The notes under the pieces: model-generated
Seen by the model: the letters and a program-made list of their open reading frames with translations, nothing else
What the model was told of the DNA's origin: nothing
Databases searched by the model: none
Part shown: piece after piece, positions 1 to 9,000 of the stretch
Position numbering within the stretch: position 1 is the stretch's first letter
How the letters are laid out: each line of letters begins with the position of its first letter
Translations under genes and position numbers: made by a program
Sequence record: NC_019929.1
DNA: 64,000 nucleotides
Strand: one strand, 5' to 3'

Positions 1-589
1 ATCTCGTCATTACTAAGCATTCAGATTCTCCTGCTAACCCGAGGTCCATCAGCAGGCCGAAGTCAACCATCTGGAAGTGTTCGGATAATTCCTCACCCCA
101 GATAAATTTCATCTTCTCTGCTAAGTCCCCGTTCTGTTCCTGGAAGATAAAGATTTGGTGCATTTCCTCACCAAACGAGTCGAACTGATGGTTAGAACGC
201 AGCGCGCGTACGCGCACACCGATCAAATCCGCAGCTTCCGGATTCTCCGGGTCGGCCCAGTTTAATGCCAGGCCAATCAGGTTATCGGTATCCAGGTTCT
301 GCGTAGAGCGACGCAGGATTTCGATTTTGTGGCGCGGGAATTCCGCAACACGCTGTTCGAAGCCCGGATTACGGATGGCCACCTGCTCCACAGAGTTGTG
401 TGTTTTCTCAACCCCGTCCAGCGGCAGAATGACGTTCAGTCCGAAGCGCACACACAGACGACGAATCTCATCAGTAAACGTGTCCGGTTCCACAATCGCG
501 TGGATGTTGTACATGCCGTGCTTTTGCATAAACGCGGCAACAAGGTGAAGATTACGCTTCGTAAAATTGTGTATCAGCAACGACTTCAT
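1..589 (-). CDS. Hypothetical protein, 3'-truncated by window edge; last visible gene of the radical SAM cluster
   Basis: Hand-translated, not in ORF track: MKSLLIHNFTKRNLHLVAAFMQKHGMYNIHAIVEPD... Open to position 1; GGAG upstream; overlaps the end of the SPASM gene. Confidence 0.75.
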   Translation of the reverse strand, partial: MKSLLIHNFTKRNLHLVAAFMQKHGMYNIHAIVEPDTFTDEIRRLCVRFGLNVILPLDGVEKTHNSVEQVAIRNPGFEQRVAEFPRHKIEILRRSTQNLDTDNLIGLALNWADPENPEAADLIGVRVRALRSNHQFDSFGEEMHQIFIFQEQNGDLAEKMKFIWGEELSEHFQMVDFGLLMDLGLAGESECLVMTR

Positions 590-1895
590 TCGCTGGTGCT
601 CCTAATTGGTTTTTCTTCTCGGCTGCTAATTTGCGATCGCGCACACAAGACACACAGTAGCACTGGGTCTTATCGTTCAGATCGGTATAACGGGTAGTAC
701 CGGTTTTCTGGTAGAAGTATTCTGCTACCAACAGTTTGGCGGTAGTCCAGCCACACTGACGACGCTCAGCGTGATACGCTTTACGGTCTTCCATTTCCCC
801 GTCACCGTTCTCGTATGATGCCGCGGCACAACTACCACACGCGTGCTTCATCGGACAACCCAGGCACGTTTCTGGATAGTTGGTGTACTGCGTTTGAATT
901 TCGTTCAACAGCTTATTGTCATCGATATTGACAATCTCACGGCCACGCAGTTCTGCGATAGCCTGACGTGTCGTTACCGTGGACATAAAGCGGTTACAGC
1001 CGTAAATCTTGCGGTCGAAGCCCAGGCAGGTCATGTGGGTTACGGTACCGCAGAACGGACGCACACGCTCCGGGTTCAGACGCGTTGCTTCGTCGTCCAG
1101 GAGCTTCTGACGCCAATCCGGGTCCCAGGTTGCCATGAAGTCCAGGCCATCCGGGAAGATGTGGGTCAGGCGGTTACGTGGGTCTTTCTCAAACCCTTTG
1201 TCGAACCAGTAGTCAATCACGTCCATCATCTGCAACGCAATCGACATTGCCATGGTGCGCGGCAGAATGTCTTCGTACGTGACGTTACCGGAAATGGTAC
1301 CGCCGCCGGTGACGTCCATCAGGTGCTTCATGGACTCGGCGTATTTCGGCAGGGTCTCAGAGGTAAAGGTGGCTTTGATACCCAGTTCCAGGATACCGAC
1401 CGATTTCAGGTAGTTGTAACCACGCATCGCTTTTTCGTACGACCCTTCACGGGTAGTCGTAAAGATACGATAACGGTCATGCACTTCCGGCAGACCATCG
1501 ATAGACACGCCGATGGACAGTTTGTCACGCCAGCGTTCGATAATCTCGCGGTTCAGCGGCTTGTCGAATAACGTGCCGTTCGTCGAGATGGAGAAGATAA
1601 CGTCACGGTTATCACGCTTCGCCAGTTCTTCGGCCGTTTCAAATACGGCTTTCAGAATCTTCGGCTGCATCATGGGTTCACCACCGATGATATCGATGAT
1701 AACTTCCACGTTCTTCAAATGACGGTCACGGTCGAAACACGCATGAATGAAGTCCACTGCATCATCGGCTTTATTGTTACGCGGGTATTTACGCTCGTAG
1801 CAATATTCACAGTCGAGGTTACAGGAGAGGTTGGTCACCACCTGATAGGTTTTGGTGATTTTGGGCTCTTGGGCCGGTGCTTTGGTATCACGCAT
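552..1895 (-). CDS. Radical SAM/SPASM-domain peptide maturase (CXXX-repeat-target type)
   Basis: CNLDCEYC (CxxxCxxC), GGEP, ISTNG, VSIDG; C-terminal Cys cluster FCG..TC..YGC..CLGC-x5-CGSC..QC typical of SPASM. Confidence 0.92.
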   Translation of the reverse strand: MRDTKAPAQEPKITKTYQVVTNLSCNLDCEYCYERKYPRNNKADDAVDFIHACFDRDRHLKNVEVIIDIIGGEPMMQPKILKAVFETAEELAKRDNRDVIFSISTNGTLFDKPLNREIIERWRDKLSIGVSIDGLPEVHDRYRIFTTTREGSYEKAMRGYNYLKSVGILELGIKATFTSETLPKYAESMKHLMDVTGGGTISGNVTYEDILPRTMAMSIALQMMDVIDYWFDKGFEKDPRNRLTHIFPDGLDFMATWDPDWRQKLLDDEATRLNPERVRPFCGTVTHMTCLGFDRKIYGCNRFMSTVTTRQAIAELRGREIVNIDDNKLLNEIQTQYTNYPETCLGCPMKHACGSCAAASYENGDGEMEDRKAYHAERRQCGWTTAKLLVAEYFYQKTGTTRYTDLNDKTQCYCVSCVRDRKLAAEKKNQLGAPANEVVADTQFYEA

Positions 1896-2793
1896 TGCGA
1901 TTTAACCCCGCTTGTATTACACGATTCATGTACTGGTAAGCGTCATAGCCAATGACTTCGGCCAGACGGTTACAGCCCGAGTTCAACACATCTATGGCAT
2001 TGTCAGACTGGTCAAACGTGGCATCGGATTTTACCCACACCAGATTGCTACAGTCGTCACAGTGCTGCCTGAAGAACTTGTTGATGCTGAGCGTTTGGTG
2101 GAAACCGTTCAGCGTGTTCAGCTCGGTCAACTGATCGTGCATTTTGTTGTACCCGTACATGAAGTTCATGACGAGATCCTGGTTAAGCGGCTTAGGCATG
2201 AAGTTATCAAACATCACACGGTAACCGTTTAAGCGGTAATGGTACAACGACTCGTGGAGTTTCAACAGGTCGTAGAACCAGTGCTTCGGTGCTAACTGGG
2301 CACGGGTAATCACCGACCATAACGTGATGTTGTCCAGCGCGTCAAACACCTCGAAAGCATCGTAGCGACGCTCCTCAGCGATACGCAGCAACGGACGTTC
2401 GGATTCTGCATAGCCGTCAAAGGAGACGAAGATGCGATCCATTTGCTCAAGCACCGGCAGCTGGGCCGGGGTCAGTCGCAGACCGTTGGTGTACATTTCA
2501 TGCTGTAGGTGCGGATAACGTTCCTTCAACTCAGCCATAAAGTCCTGGATTTTATTGAACGCCAACAGGGGTTCACCGCCCGTCCAGTTAATTTGCTGAA
2601 TAGTAGGATGCGCTTCCAGCGTTTCAAACAGCTTCTCTCTTTGGATGTCGCGCGCACTGTCTTTGACATCCATATACCCAACACCGCCACAGAAGCTACA
2701 ATCGAGATTGCACTTCGAGGTGGTGACAATCGACAGCTCCATCGGAGTTGACGAAGGGTCGCGACGAATAGCCGACACAGCTTCTTCACTCAT
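1888..2793 (-). CDS. Second radical SAM protein (short, incomplete SPASM)
   Basis: CNLDCSFC, TGGEPLL, YTNG, VSFDG; only CDDC plus one later Cys at the C-terminus. Confidence 0.88.
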   Translation of the reverse strand: MSEEAVSAIRRDPSSTPMELSIVTTSKCNLDCSFCGGVGYMDVKDSARDIQREKLFETLEAHPTIQQINWTGGEPLLAFNKIQDFMAELKERYPHLQHEMYTNGLRLTPAQLPVLEQMDRIFVSFDGYAESERPLLRIAEERRYDAFEVFDALDNITLWSVITRAQLAPKHWFYDLLKLHESLYHYRLNGYRVMFDNFMPKPLNQDLVMNFMYGYNKMHDQLTELNTLNGFHQTLSINKFFRQHCDDCSNLVWVKSDATFDQSDNAIDVLNSGCNRLAEVIGYDAYQYMNRVIQAGLNRNA

Positions 2794-2809
2794 TGCAGAT
2801 TTACTCCAG

Positions 2810-3697
2810 TTATTCGAAAGTCAGCTTGAACAGCGGGTCATCTTTGATGTCCACACCCGTCTTTAACACGAACGGGTCGTTATAAGCATCAAGGATCTGG
2901 TTCAGAATAGCCTGACGGTCATTCACACGCCGTAAGTCATCTAACGTGACCGTGCGAGCATGGAAGGCAGACACTGCGGTTTTCTCTTCAGCCGTCAGTT
3001 CTACTTTCGTCAGCAGGAACGCTACCAGTTTGTTCAGGTCTGCTTCGGTTGCAGGTGCTTCACCGAACTGCGTCTGCACCAGGTACTGCATCCACGGTTT
3101 GCGGATACGCTTGGTGATGTCGTGTTCGTCAAAGATTGCTTCGAATTGTTTCTCAGCCGGGTTCCAGACAAACTTGTAGCTGTAGGCCAGCAGGTCAAGC
3201 ATGTTGGTGATGCCGTGCTTTTCAAAGCCAACGATAGGGTAATACTCTTCGACACCGGTATACTGCTCAGTGTCTTGCGTTACCTGCGTAAACCAGCCAG
3301 GCATAGACCCCATGTAGTCCCAGCTCCATTCACGACGTGCCATTGGTTTCAGGCCACTTTCGCTAAACGGAATCAGGAACATTTCCAGGTCAACCACCTG
3401 GTTCAATACCGCATCGCTCAGGAAATATTTCCCATCCACTAAGCGACCTTTCACATCTTGCTCACCGGCCGTGATGTGAATGTGCTGCACGCTACGACCC
3501 GCTAACGTATAATCGGCTTCCACCGTATAGTTCTTCGGGTTAGCCAGCTCACGTCCACGAACCTTTGGCCACTCCCCTGGCAACTGACTGATCAGTCGCA
3601 CCTGGTCTAACAAGTGAAATTTCACACTGTCGTACAGGCTGATATGCAGTGGGAAGTTTTGCGTTGTCTTAAACGCAAGGTGTAGATCGTTCTTCAT
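2810..3697 (-). CDS. Hypothetical protein in radical SAM cluster (possible accessory/chaperone)
   Basis: 295-aa ORF tightly packed between the Cys-rich ORFs and the radical SAM genes; no motif recognised. Confidence 0.75.
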   Translation of the reverse strand: MKNDLHLAFKTTQNFPLHISLYDSVKFHLLDQVRLISQLPGEWPKVRGRELANPKNYTVEADYTLAGRSVQHIHITAGEQDVKGRLVDGKYFLSDAVLNQVVDLEMFLIPFSESGLKPMARREWSWDYMGSMPGWFTQVTQDTEQYTGVEEYYPIVGFEKHGITNMLDLLAYSYKFVWNPAEKQFEAIFDEHDITKRIRKPWMQYLVQTQFGEAPATEADLNKLVAFLLTKVELTAEEKTAVSAFHARTVTLDDLRRVNDRQAILNQILDAYNDPFVLKTGVDIKDDPLFKLTFE

Positions 3698-3707
3698 TTA
3701 AGTCCCC

Positions 3708-3914
3708 TTATCGGTTCCCCGCTCCGTGACTACAACCACCGCTACATGTCCAGCTACAAGACCCGCCGCAGTTATAGTGCGATAACGGTAACCCAGAAAG
3801 GTTGTTAGTCGTGCTAACCGTCCCCTGGGTTGCGATGAACGAGTTAGCGTCCGCCGTCTTGATATAGCCTTCCACTTGCACCATTTTGTCACGGATGTTT
3901 TTGAGTGAAATCAC
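3708..3914 (-). CDS. Short Cys-repeat precursor-like peptide C (68 aa, 4 Cys)
   Basis: GTG start with GGGGG upstream gives MISLKNIRD..., matching the two paralogs; core HYNCGGSCSWTCSGGCS. Confidence 0.85.
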   Translation of the reverse strand: MISLKNIRDKMVQVEGYIKTADANSFIATQGTVSTTNNLSGLPLSHYNCGGSCSWTCSGGCSHGAGNR

Positions 3915-3958
3915 ACTAACCCCCAAATTTGTAAAAAGTTAACTGGGAGACGAGGGCG

Positions 3959-4357
3959 TTACCGCGTTGGCCCGGAACAACCGGAACAACCAGAGCAGCT
4001 TGAGGAACATGAAGAAGAACAACCTGTTGAACACGTTCCTGAACAGCCGTTTGCACAGCCTCCTGAACATGCACCCGAACAGCCCGTACAGGTCGAAGAA
4101 CAACCCGAAGTACAGCTGGACGAACAACTTGCCCCACACGTTCCCGACGCAGAACCTGAGCACCCACCGGAACACGATGAACATGTCCAACTACAGGTAC
4201 CACCACAATCATAATGCGCACGCGGCTGGCCGCCAAACAACGTCGAGTTGTTCGTGGCTTTATTGCGAATATAGGTCTGCACCCCTGCCGCGTTTTTCAA
4301 TGCGGTATTATCAATACTATTCAGACGGTTCTGAATATCTTTTAGGTTGATAGCCAT
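3959..4357 (-). CDS. CXXX-repeat precursor-like peptide B (132 aa, 20 Cys)
   Basis: ATG at 4357 with GGAGACATC upstream; MAINLKDIQNRL leader; core HYDCGGTCSWTCS followed by Cys/Ser/Gly/Thr repeats. Confidence 0.9.
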   Translation of the reverse strand: MAINLKDIQNRLNSIDNTALKNAAGVQTYIRNKATNNSTLFGGQPRAHYDCGGTCSWTCSSCSGGCSGSASGTCGASCSSSCTSGCSSTCTGCSGACSGGCANGCSGTCSTGCSSSCSSSCSGCSGCSGPTR

Positions 4358-4368
4358 GATGTCTCCTA

Positions 4369-4752
4369 CTACGGCCCAGAGCAGCCAGAACAGCCTGTAC
4401 AGCTCGATGAGCACGACCCCGAGCACCCGCTACATTTACCGGAGCACCCGCCGGAGCAACTGCCTGAACAACCTGAGCAACCCGAACACCCGGTAGAACA
4501 ACCGCCCGTACAGCTGCCGGTACACGTCGATGTACACGTTCCCGAACAACTGGTACAACTTGCCGAACACCCGTTAGAGCACGACCAGCTACACGTACCA
4601 CCACAATCTAATTGACCCGGTGTCCAACCCGCAAAGCGCTCTTGCGCGTTATACGCTTGCGAGGCAACTTGCGCATCAACGCGAGGTCCGGTGGCGACAT
4701 TGGCTTCCACTATTTGCAGGCGGTCGCGTATGTTTTTAAGTGAGATTGCCAT
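4369..4752 (-). CDS. CXXX-repeat precursor-like peptide A (127 aa, 21 Cys)
   Basis: AAGGA upstream; MAISLKNIRDRL leader; core LDCGGTCSWSCS followed by Cys/Ser/Gly/Thr repeats. Confidence 0.9.
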   Translation of the reverse strand: MAISLKNIRDRLQIVEANVATGPRVDAQVASQAYNAQERFAGWTPGQLDCGGTCSWSCSNGCSASCTSCSGTCTSTCTGSCTGGCSTGCSGCSGCSGSCSGGCSGKCSGCSGSCSSSCTGCSGCSGP

Positions 4753-4769
4753 ACGTTTCCTTTAAGAAT

Positions 4770-4803
4770 AAAAAAGAGGACACTGCCATAAAGACAGGTC
4801 CTC
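4770..4803 (-). terminator. Intrinsic terminator between fibre genes and the Cys-repeat cluster
   Basis: Minus strand GAGGAC-CTGTC-TTTATG-GCAGT-GTCCTC then TTTTTT. Confidence 0.65.
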
Positions 4804-4818
4804 GTGTTTTTAAAAAGT

Positions 4819-6018
4819 TTAGCGTGTACCAGCTTCTGCTTGTACGTCGTCGCGAGTCGTGAGACTGTTGTTGACGTGAACCGCAGCTTGCACCACACCA
4901 CCGTACGTCTTGTGGAGGTAGTTCGGGTGTGGGTTGTCCGCTGCAACGTGGTTCGCCAGGTTCTGGTTTGCCTGCGAGATAGCGTTGGTATTGTTCGTGA
5001 TGCGAGTGTTCTGTGCGGTAATCTGGGCTTGCAGGTTATCAATCTTCTGTTGGAAGTCTTGACCTTGCGATTCCAAATCACCGACACGCTGCGTTAACGC
5101 GTTCAGGGCAGACTGCAAATCATTGACAGCTTTCTGCAATTGCAACACCAGGGAGTTGAGGTTCGCCAAGGCGAGCGACATCTTCTGGTAGTTCTGCGCC
5201 ACGGTGTTCAGCTGGTCATTCCATGCCACCAGAGATTGCACCACCGCATCGATACGGGCACCCAGTGCGGTATCGGCGGTTTTCAGTGAGGCAATTTCTT
5301 TTAAGGTGTCATCAATCTGCGTTTGAACCGCGGCAATCAGTGCACGAATCTCAGTTTCCGTCAGACCGTTGATCTGGTGAATATTGAGACTGTGGACGTT
5401 GCCTTGTGCATTAACGTGCGCATTCAACGCATCAAGGAAATCTTGTTTCAGACCGTCGATGATGCCTTTGATTTGTTCGAGCTGTACCGCCGACCCGGAG
5501 TTAATCGCGTCTTTGATGCCCGACAGTACCGTGATGATAAACTCGAACCCGTAGATATCACCCACGTCTTTAAACGTAGGTGCTGACGGGAACGTATCCG
5601 GTACGTTACGCAAGTCTTTGAAATCAACCGTACGGTCTTCCAATTTCAGCTCTGCAATCGCCTGAGTAATGGCAACAACGTTTGCTGACTGTGGACCGCC
5701 GATGACCTGAGCCGAGATAGTGATGTCGGTTGGAATAGCAGAGTTGGTGACCACCACCCCCATCAGGATTTCTTGGTTCTTGGTAAGCTTCTCGTACGCC
5801 GGGTGAGCGAAGATCAGCTCATAGTCCGTCCCACGTTTATAGAAGGTACCGGGTTTGTTCGTTGCAGCCAGACGAAACGACTCCGCGTAAAACGGCCCGT
5901 CTGGGAATGCAAAGGCCCGGTTAACCTTACCGGAACCTAACGTGACTCGCCGAGTGACAGCGTTCGACGTCAGTGTCCCCTTTAGGTCAAACGGGTACTG
6001 ATATACAATAGCGGCCAT
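4819..6018 (-). CDS. Virion fibre-family protein with C-terminal coiled coil (399 aa)
   Basis: ATG 6018 with AAGGAG; N-terminal YPFD..G..PFY domain shared with the three long fibres; heptad-rich C-terminal half. Confidence 0.75.
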   Translation of the reverse strand: MAAIVYQYPFDLKGTLTSNAVTRRVTLGSGKVNRAFAFPDGPFYAESFRLAATNKPGTFYKRGTDYELIFAHPAYEKLTKNQEILMGVVVTNSAIPTDITISAQVIGGPQSANVVAITQAIAELKLEDRTVDFKDLRNVPDTFPSAPTFKDVGDIYGFEFIITVLSGIKDAINSGSAVQLEQIKGIIDGLKQDFLDALNAHVNAQGNVHSLNIHQINGLTETEIRALIAAVQTQIDDTLKEIASLKTADTALGARIDAVVQSLVAWNDQLNTVAQNYQKMSLALANLNSLVLQLQKAVNDLQSALNALTQRVGDLESQGQDFQQKIDNLQAQITAQNTRITNNTNAISQANQNLANHVAADNPHPNYLHKTYGGVVQAAVHVNNSLTTRDDVQAEAGTR

Positions 6019-6061
6019 AGCCAAACTCCTTTGATTGGGGCGTCCGTGCCCCACAGCGCTG

Positions 6062-9000
6062 TTAAGACTTGAACATAAGATTGACCTGAATCTCGTCCAA
6101 GTCAACCAGCGAGTTACCTCCAGCGTATTCGCAGGCCACTGTCAGAGTCAGCGTTCCGGAATTGTAACTGGCAACAAACGGAGGGTTCAGAGCATCTTTC
6201 CCGGTGTTGAGTACCACCGCCGGTTCAGAAGGCAGATTCGGGATGACCAGCTCACGCGCTACCCGCACCACACCAAAGCTCGACGTCAAATCGCTCAATG
6301 CGTACAGCATGAACGGGGTATCAACATCAGTCTGACGGAACACGGTACCGGTAGTGGTGTCCACCACCTGTATCGCCAACATCTTTGTCTTCAGTGTTTG
6401 ATACTGCGCCGCAGTCAGTTCCGCAGACAAGGTGGCGACAAACTCCACCCCAGCTGGAAGACCCGAACCGGTGACGTTCACGAGGTCTGGGCCGGTGGCA
6501 AACAGTATCTCCGCAGCAGATGGATTCACCCCAGACGTCAGGCAATATTTGAACATCGGAATGCCGTTCGGTACCGCGTAACGCAGAGTAATCTGGCGGG
6601 CCGGATCACCAATATTCCCCGGCACCGTAAAGCGTAGCCTTGCCACAGCCACGTAGGTTTCCCCAGCGACATGTGGCACAGACTCAGCACCGATCCACTT
6701 CATGTTAAAACTGGCCGCGCGTGCGTTGTCTGCTGTTACAGCAGCCGTCTCAACCGGAGGTTTCAACCAAAAGCGTTCAGAGACATTCACCAGATCTTGC
6801 CAACGCGTGGCACCAAATCCGCTGTAGCGTTTCTGGATAGGCAGCGCAGGGCGGGTTTGGCGTGTAATCCCTTTGGACAGCTCTTGTCCATCGGCATACC
6901 CGGCCGTGCCCGAGCCCGGTGTCGCTAACGGCACTTTGCTCAATTGCGCCATTGACCCGATACGGGCTTCACGGGCAGCAGACACATCGTGACGGTTGGC
7001 GACCGCGGCGTGCTCTACCAACTGCTTGACGTTACCGAAACGTTTCACCTTATCAAACGTCGACAGGGTAATGCGTTCACTGTCCGTCACTACCGTACCG
7101 ATATACAGCTGGGTATCGCTGTCCGGTTCCTGTTGCTCCAGCAGACGGTATTGCGGAACACCGTTGACCAACGCAGCGTGCATGTAGAACGTGCGGTTCT
7201 GGTAGTTGGTTGGGTACAAGTCACGGATATCAGAACTGTATTCGCCCAACGTGTAGTACGCCGAACCGAATCGCAGTAACTCTTGTTCCGTGATGTACAA
7301 CGCCCACCCCTCCGCAGTCTTCGTACCGGCAAGGATGTTATCCTCAGGTGTCCCGGTACGGAAATTACGGACGGTGTTCTTGTAGACACTGGCGGCAAAG
7401 TACAACCCATTAAACAGCCATTTCGTCATCCCGATATAACCGGTCTCGGGCATCACCACAATGTCGACTTCATTCGAAGACGGGTTCATGGAAATGAGCG
7501 AGTTCGTCCAGCCCCCGAAAGTCGTATCACACGACAACAGGAAAGAACGCCAGCGACTGTCTCCAACCACCCCCATTCGGTACAACGCCCCCAGGAACAA
7601 CACATATCCATCGTCACGCTGAATCAACTTCGAGTTCGTGTACTGGTCGTGTGCCAAAGAGATACCGGCATCCGGGTCGCGATAGTTCTCGACAACCGGT
7701 GTCAACATCGTGGTACCCAACTGCACGTTCCCGTTGGTCACCGACATCGGTAGTTTCCACACCCAGGTAAAGGTGTGGGTTACCAGCCGACTGGTGTTGT
7801 CCCACATGCGCACAGAGGCCATGGCGAATGCCGCATTTAACCCACCGACATCAAACACTTGCAGCTTGGTTAATGTTTGCACGACTAACTCATCGTTCCA
7901 CACCGGCACCGCTGCCGCGATTGCGGCATTCAATGCAGCCCAAGTTGCATCTGTTACCGTGATACGATCTGCGGTAAAGGTGGACGTCCCAGTCACGGTC
8001 TTGTACGGGAAAGACCCTGCCTCGGTAATGACACGCCCGTTGATGTACAGCTGGCCATCTTTCCAGATATTCGGCGAAGACAGCAAGGTTCGGTAGTCAG
8101 GGTCGGTCACCGCGATACGCGCATTGTCTGGCCCCCAACCCGGATAGTCCGGGAAGTAGCGAGACGACTGGGTATAACGGAGCTGGATAACCTCTGCGGC
8201 CACATTGAGGTGTCGCATCAATACCGTGTTGGCAGTCCCACCGAGGTGGATAAGCCCACGCATGTATTGCTGATACACCGACCCTACTGCACCCCCCACG
8301 GTAGCGTTTGCGGTTTCGATAAGCGTTGTGCTGCTACCGAGTAAATCGTACAAACTCGTGTTCGGTGCAGGGCTGATACCGATACGTGGCGGGTTGTTTG
8401 AATAAACATCACAGAAGGAGTTCATCAACAAACCTGAGGACAGGAAGACCCTGTTCGTCAGCGCCACACCTTTGTTACGGTTGGTCACCGAGGGCAGAGG
8501 CTGGGCATTTGGGAACTCAATCTTGTTCTCGGTTAATGCGATCGGGAAGATTTTGTTCTCAAGCGTCAATAACCAGTTCTCCGTGTTAAGGGAGAGTGAT
8601 ACCGACCAGGCATCTGTCCACTGTGCTGAGGTATTATCGGAGAAGTACCCGTGCATCTCTGCACGCAACCGCACCATGTTCACCTGTGAGGCTGAATAAA
8701 ACGAAGGGAGGTAGTTAACCGCATTCCCGTTCGGCCAACGGGCTTTCCCCTCCGCGGTACGGTAGGCCAGGAACTTGGTTGTGGCATCATCGCCATAACC
8801 GCCTTCTTGTACAATCAGCGCCACGTCGCCGTCTTTGTCTGGGTAATTGAAATTAATTACCGGGATAGTCGAACTGTTTTTACTGCGCAGTTCGCTTAGA
8901 CTGATACTCCAACCGCCAACGGTAAAGCGGGTGTTGTTGACAATAGACATCAACACAACCACACGACCTTTGGTCACCGTCACTGTCGAATACTGACGAT

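Noticed and set aside
3916-4604. Val/Arg-rich ORFs 3916-4236 and 4317-4604, and the Asn-rich + strand ORF 3967-4350
   Set aside because: Alternative-frame and antisense shadows of the Cys/Ser/Gly repeats; no RBS
3959-4752. Repetitive DNA resembling a tandem-repeat or CRISPR array
   Set aside because: Repeats are codon-level (TGT/TCA/GGT) with no constant repeat and unique spacer structure; no cas genes
3708-4752. Simple metallothionein interpretation of the Cys-rich peptides
   Set aside because: CXXX periodicity, conserved leader and adjacent SPASM enzyme fit a modification target better; metal binding is not excluded
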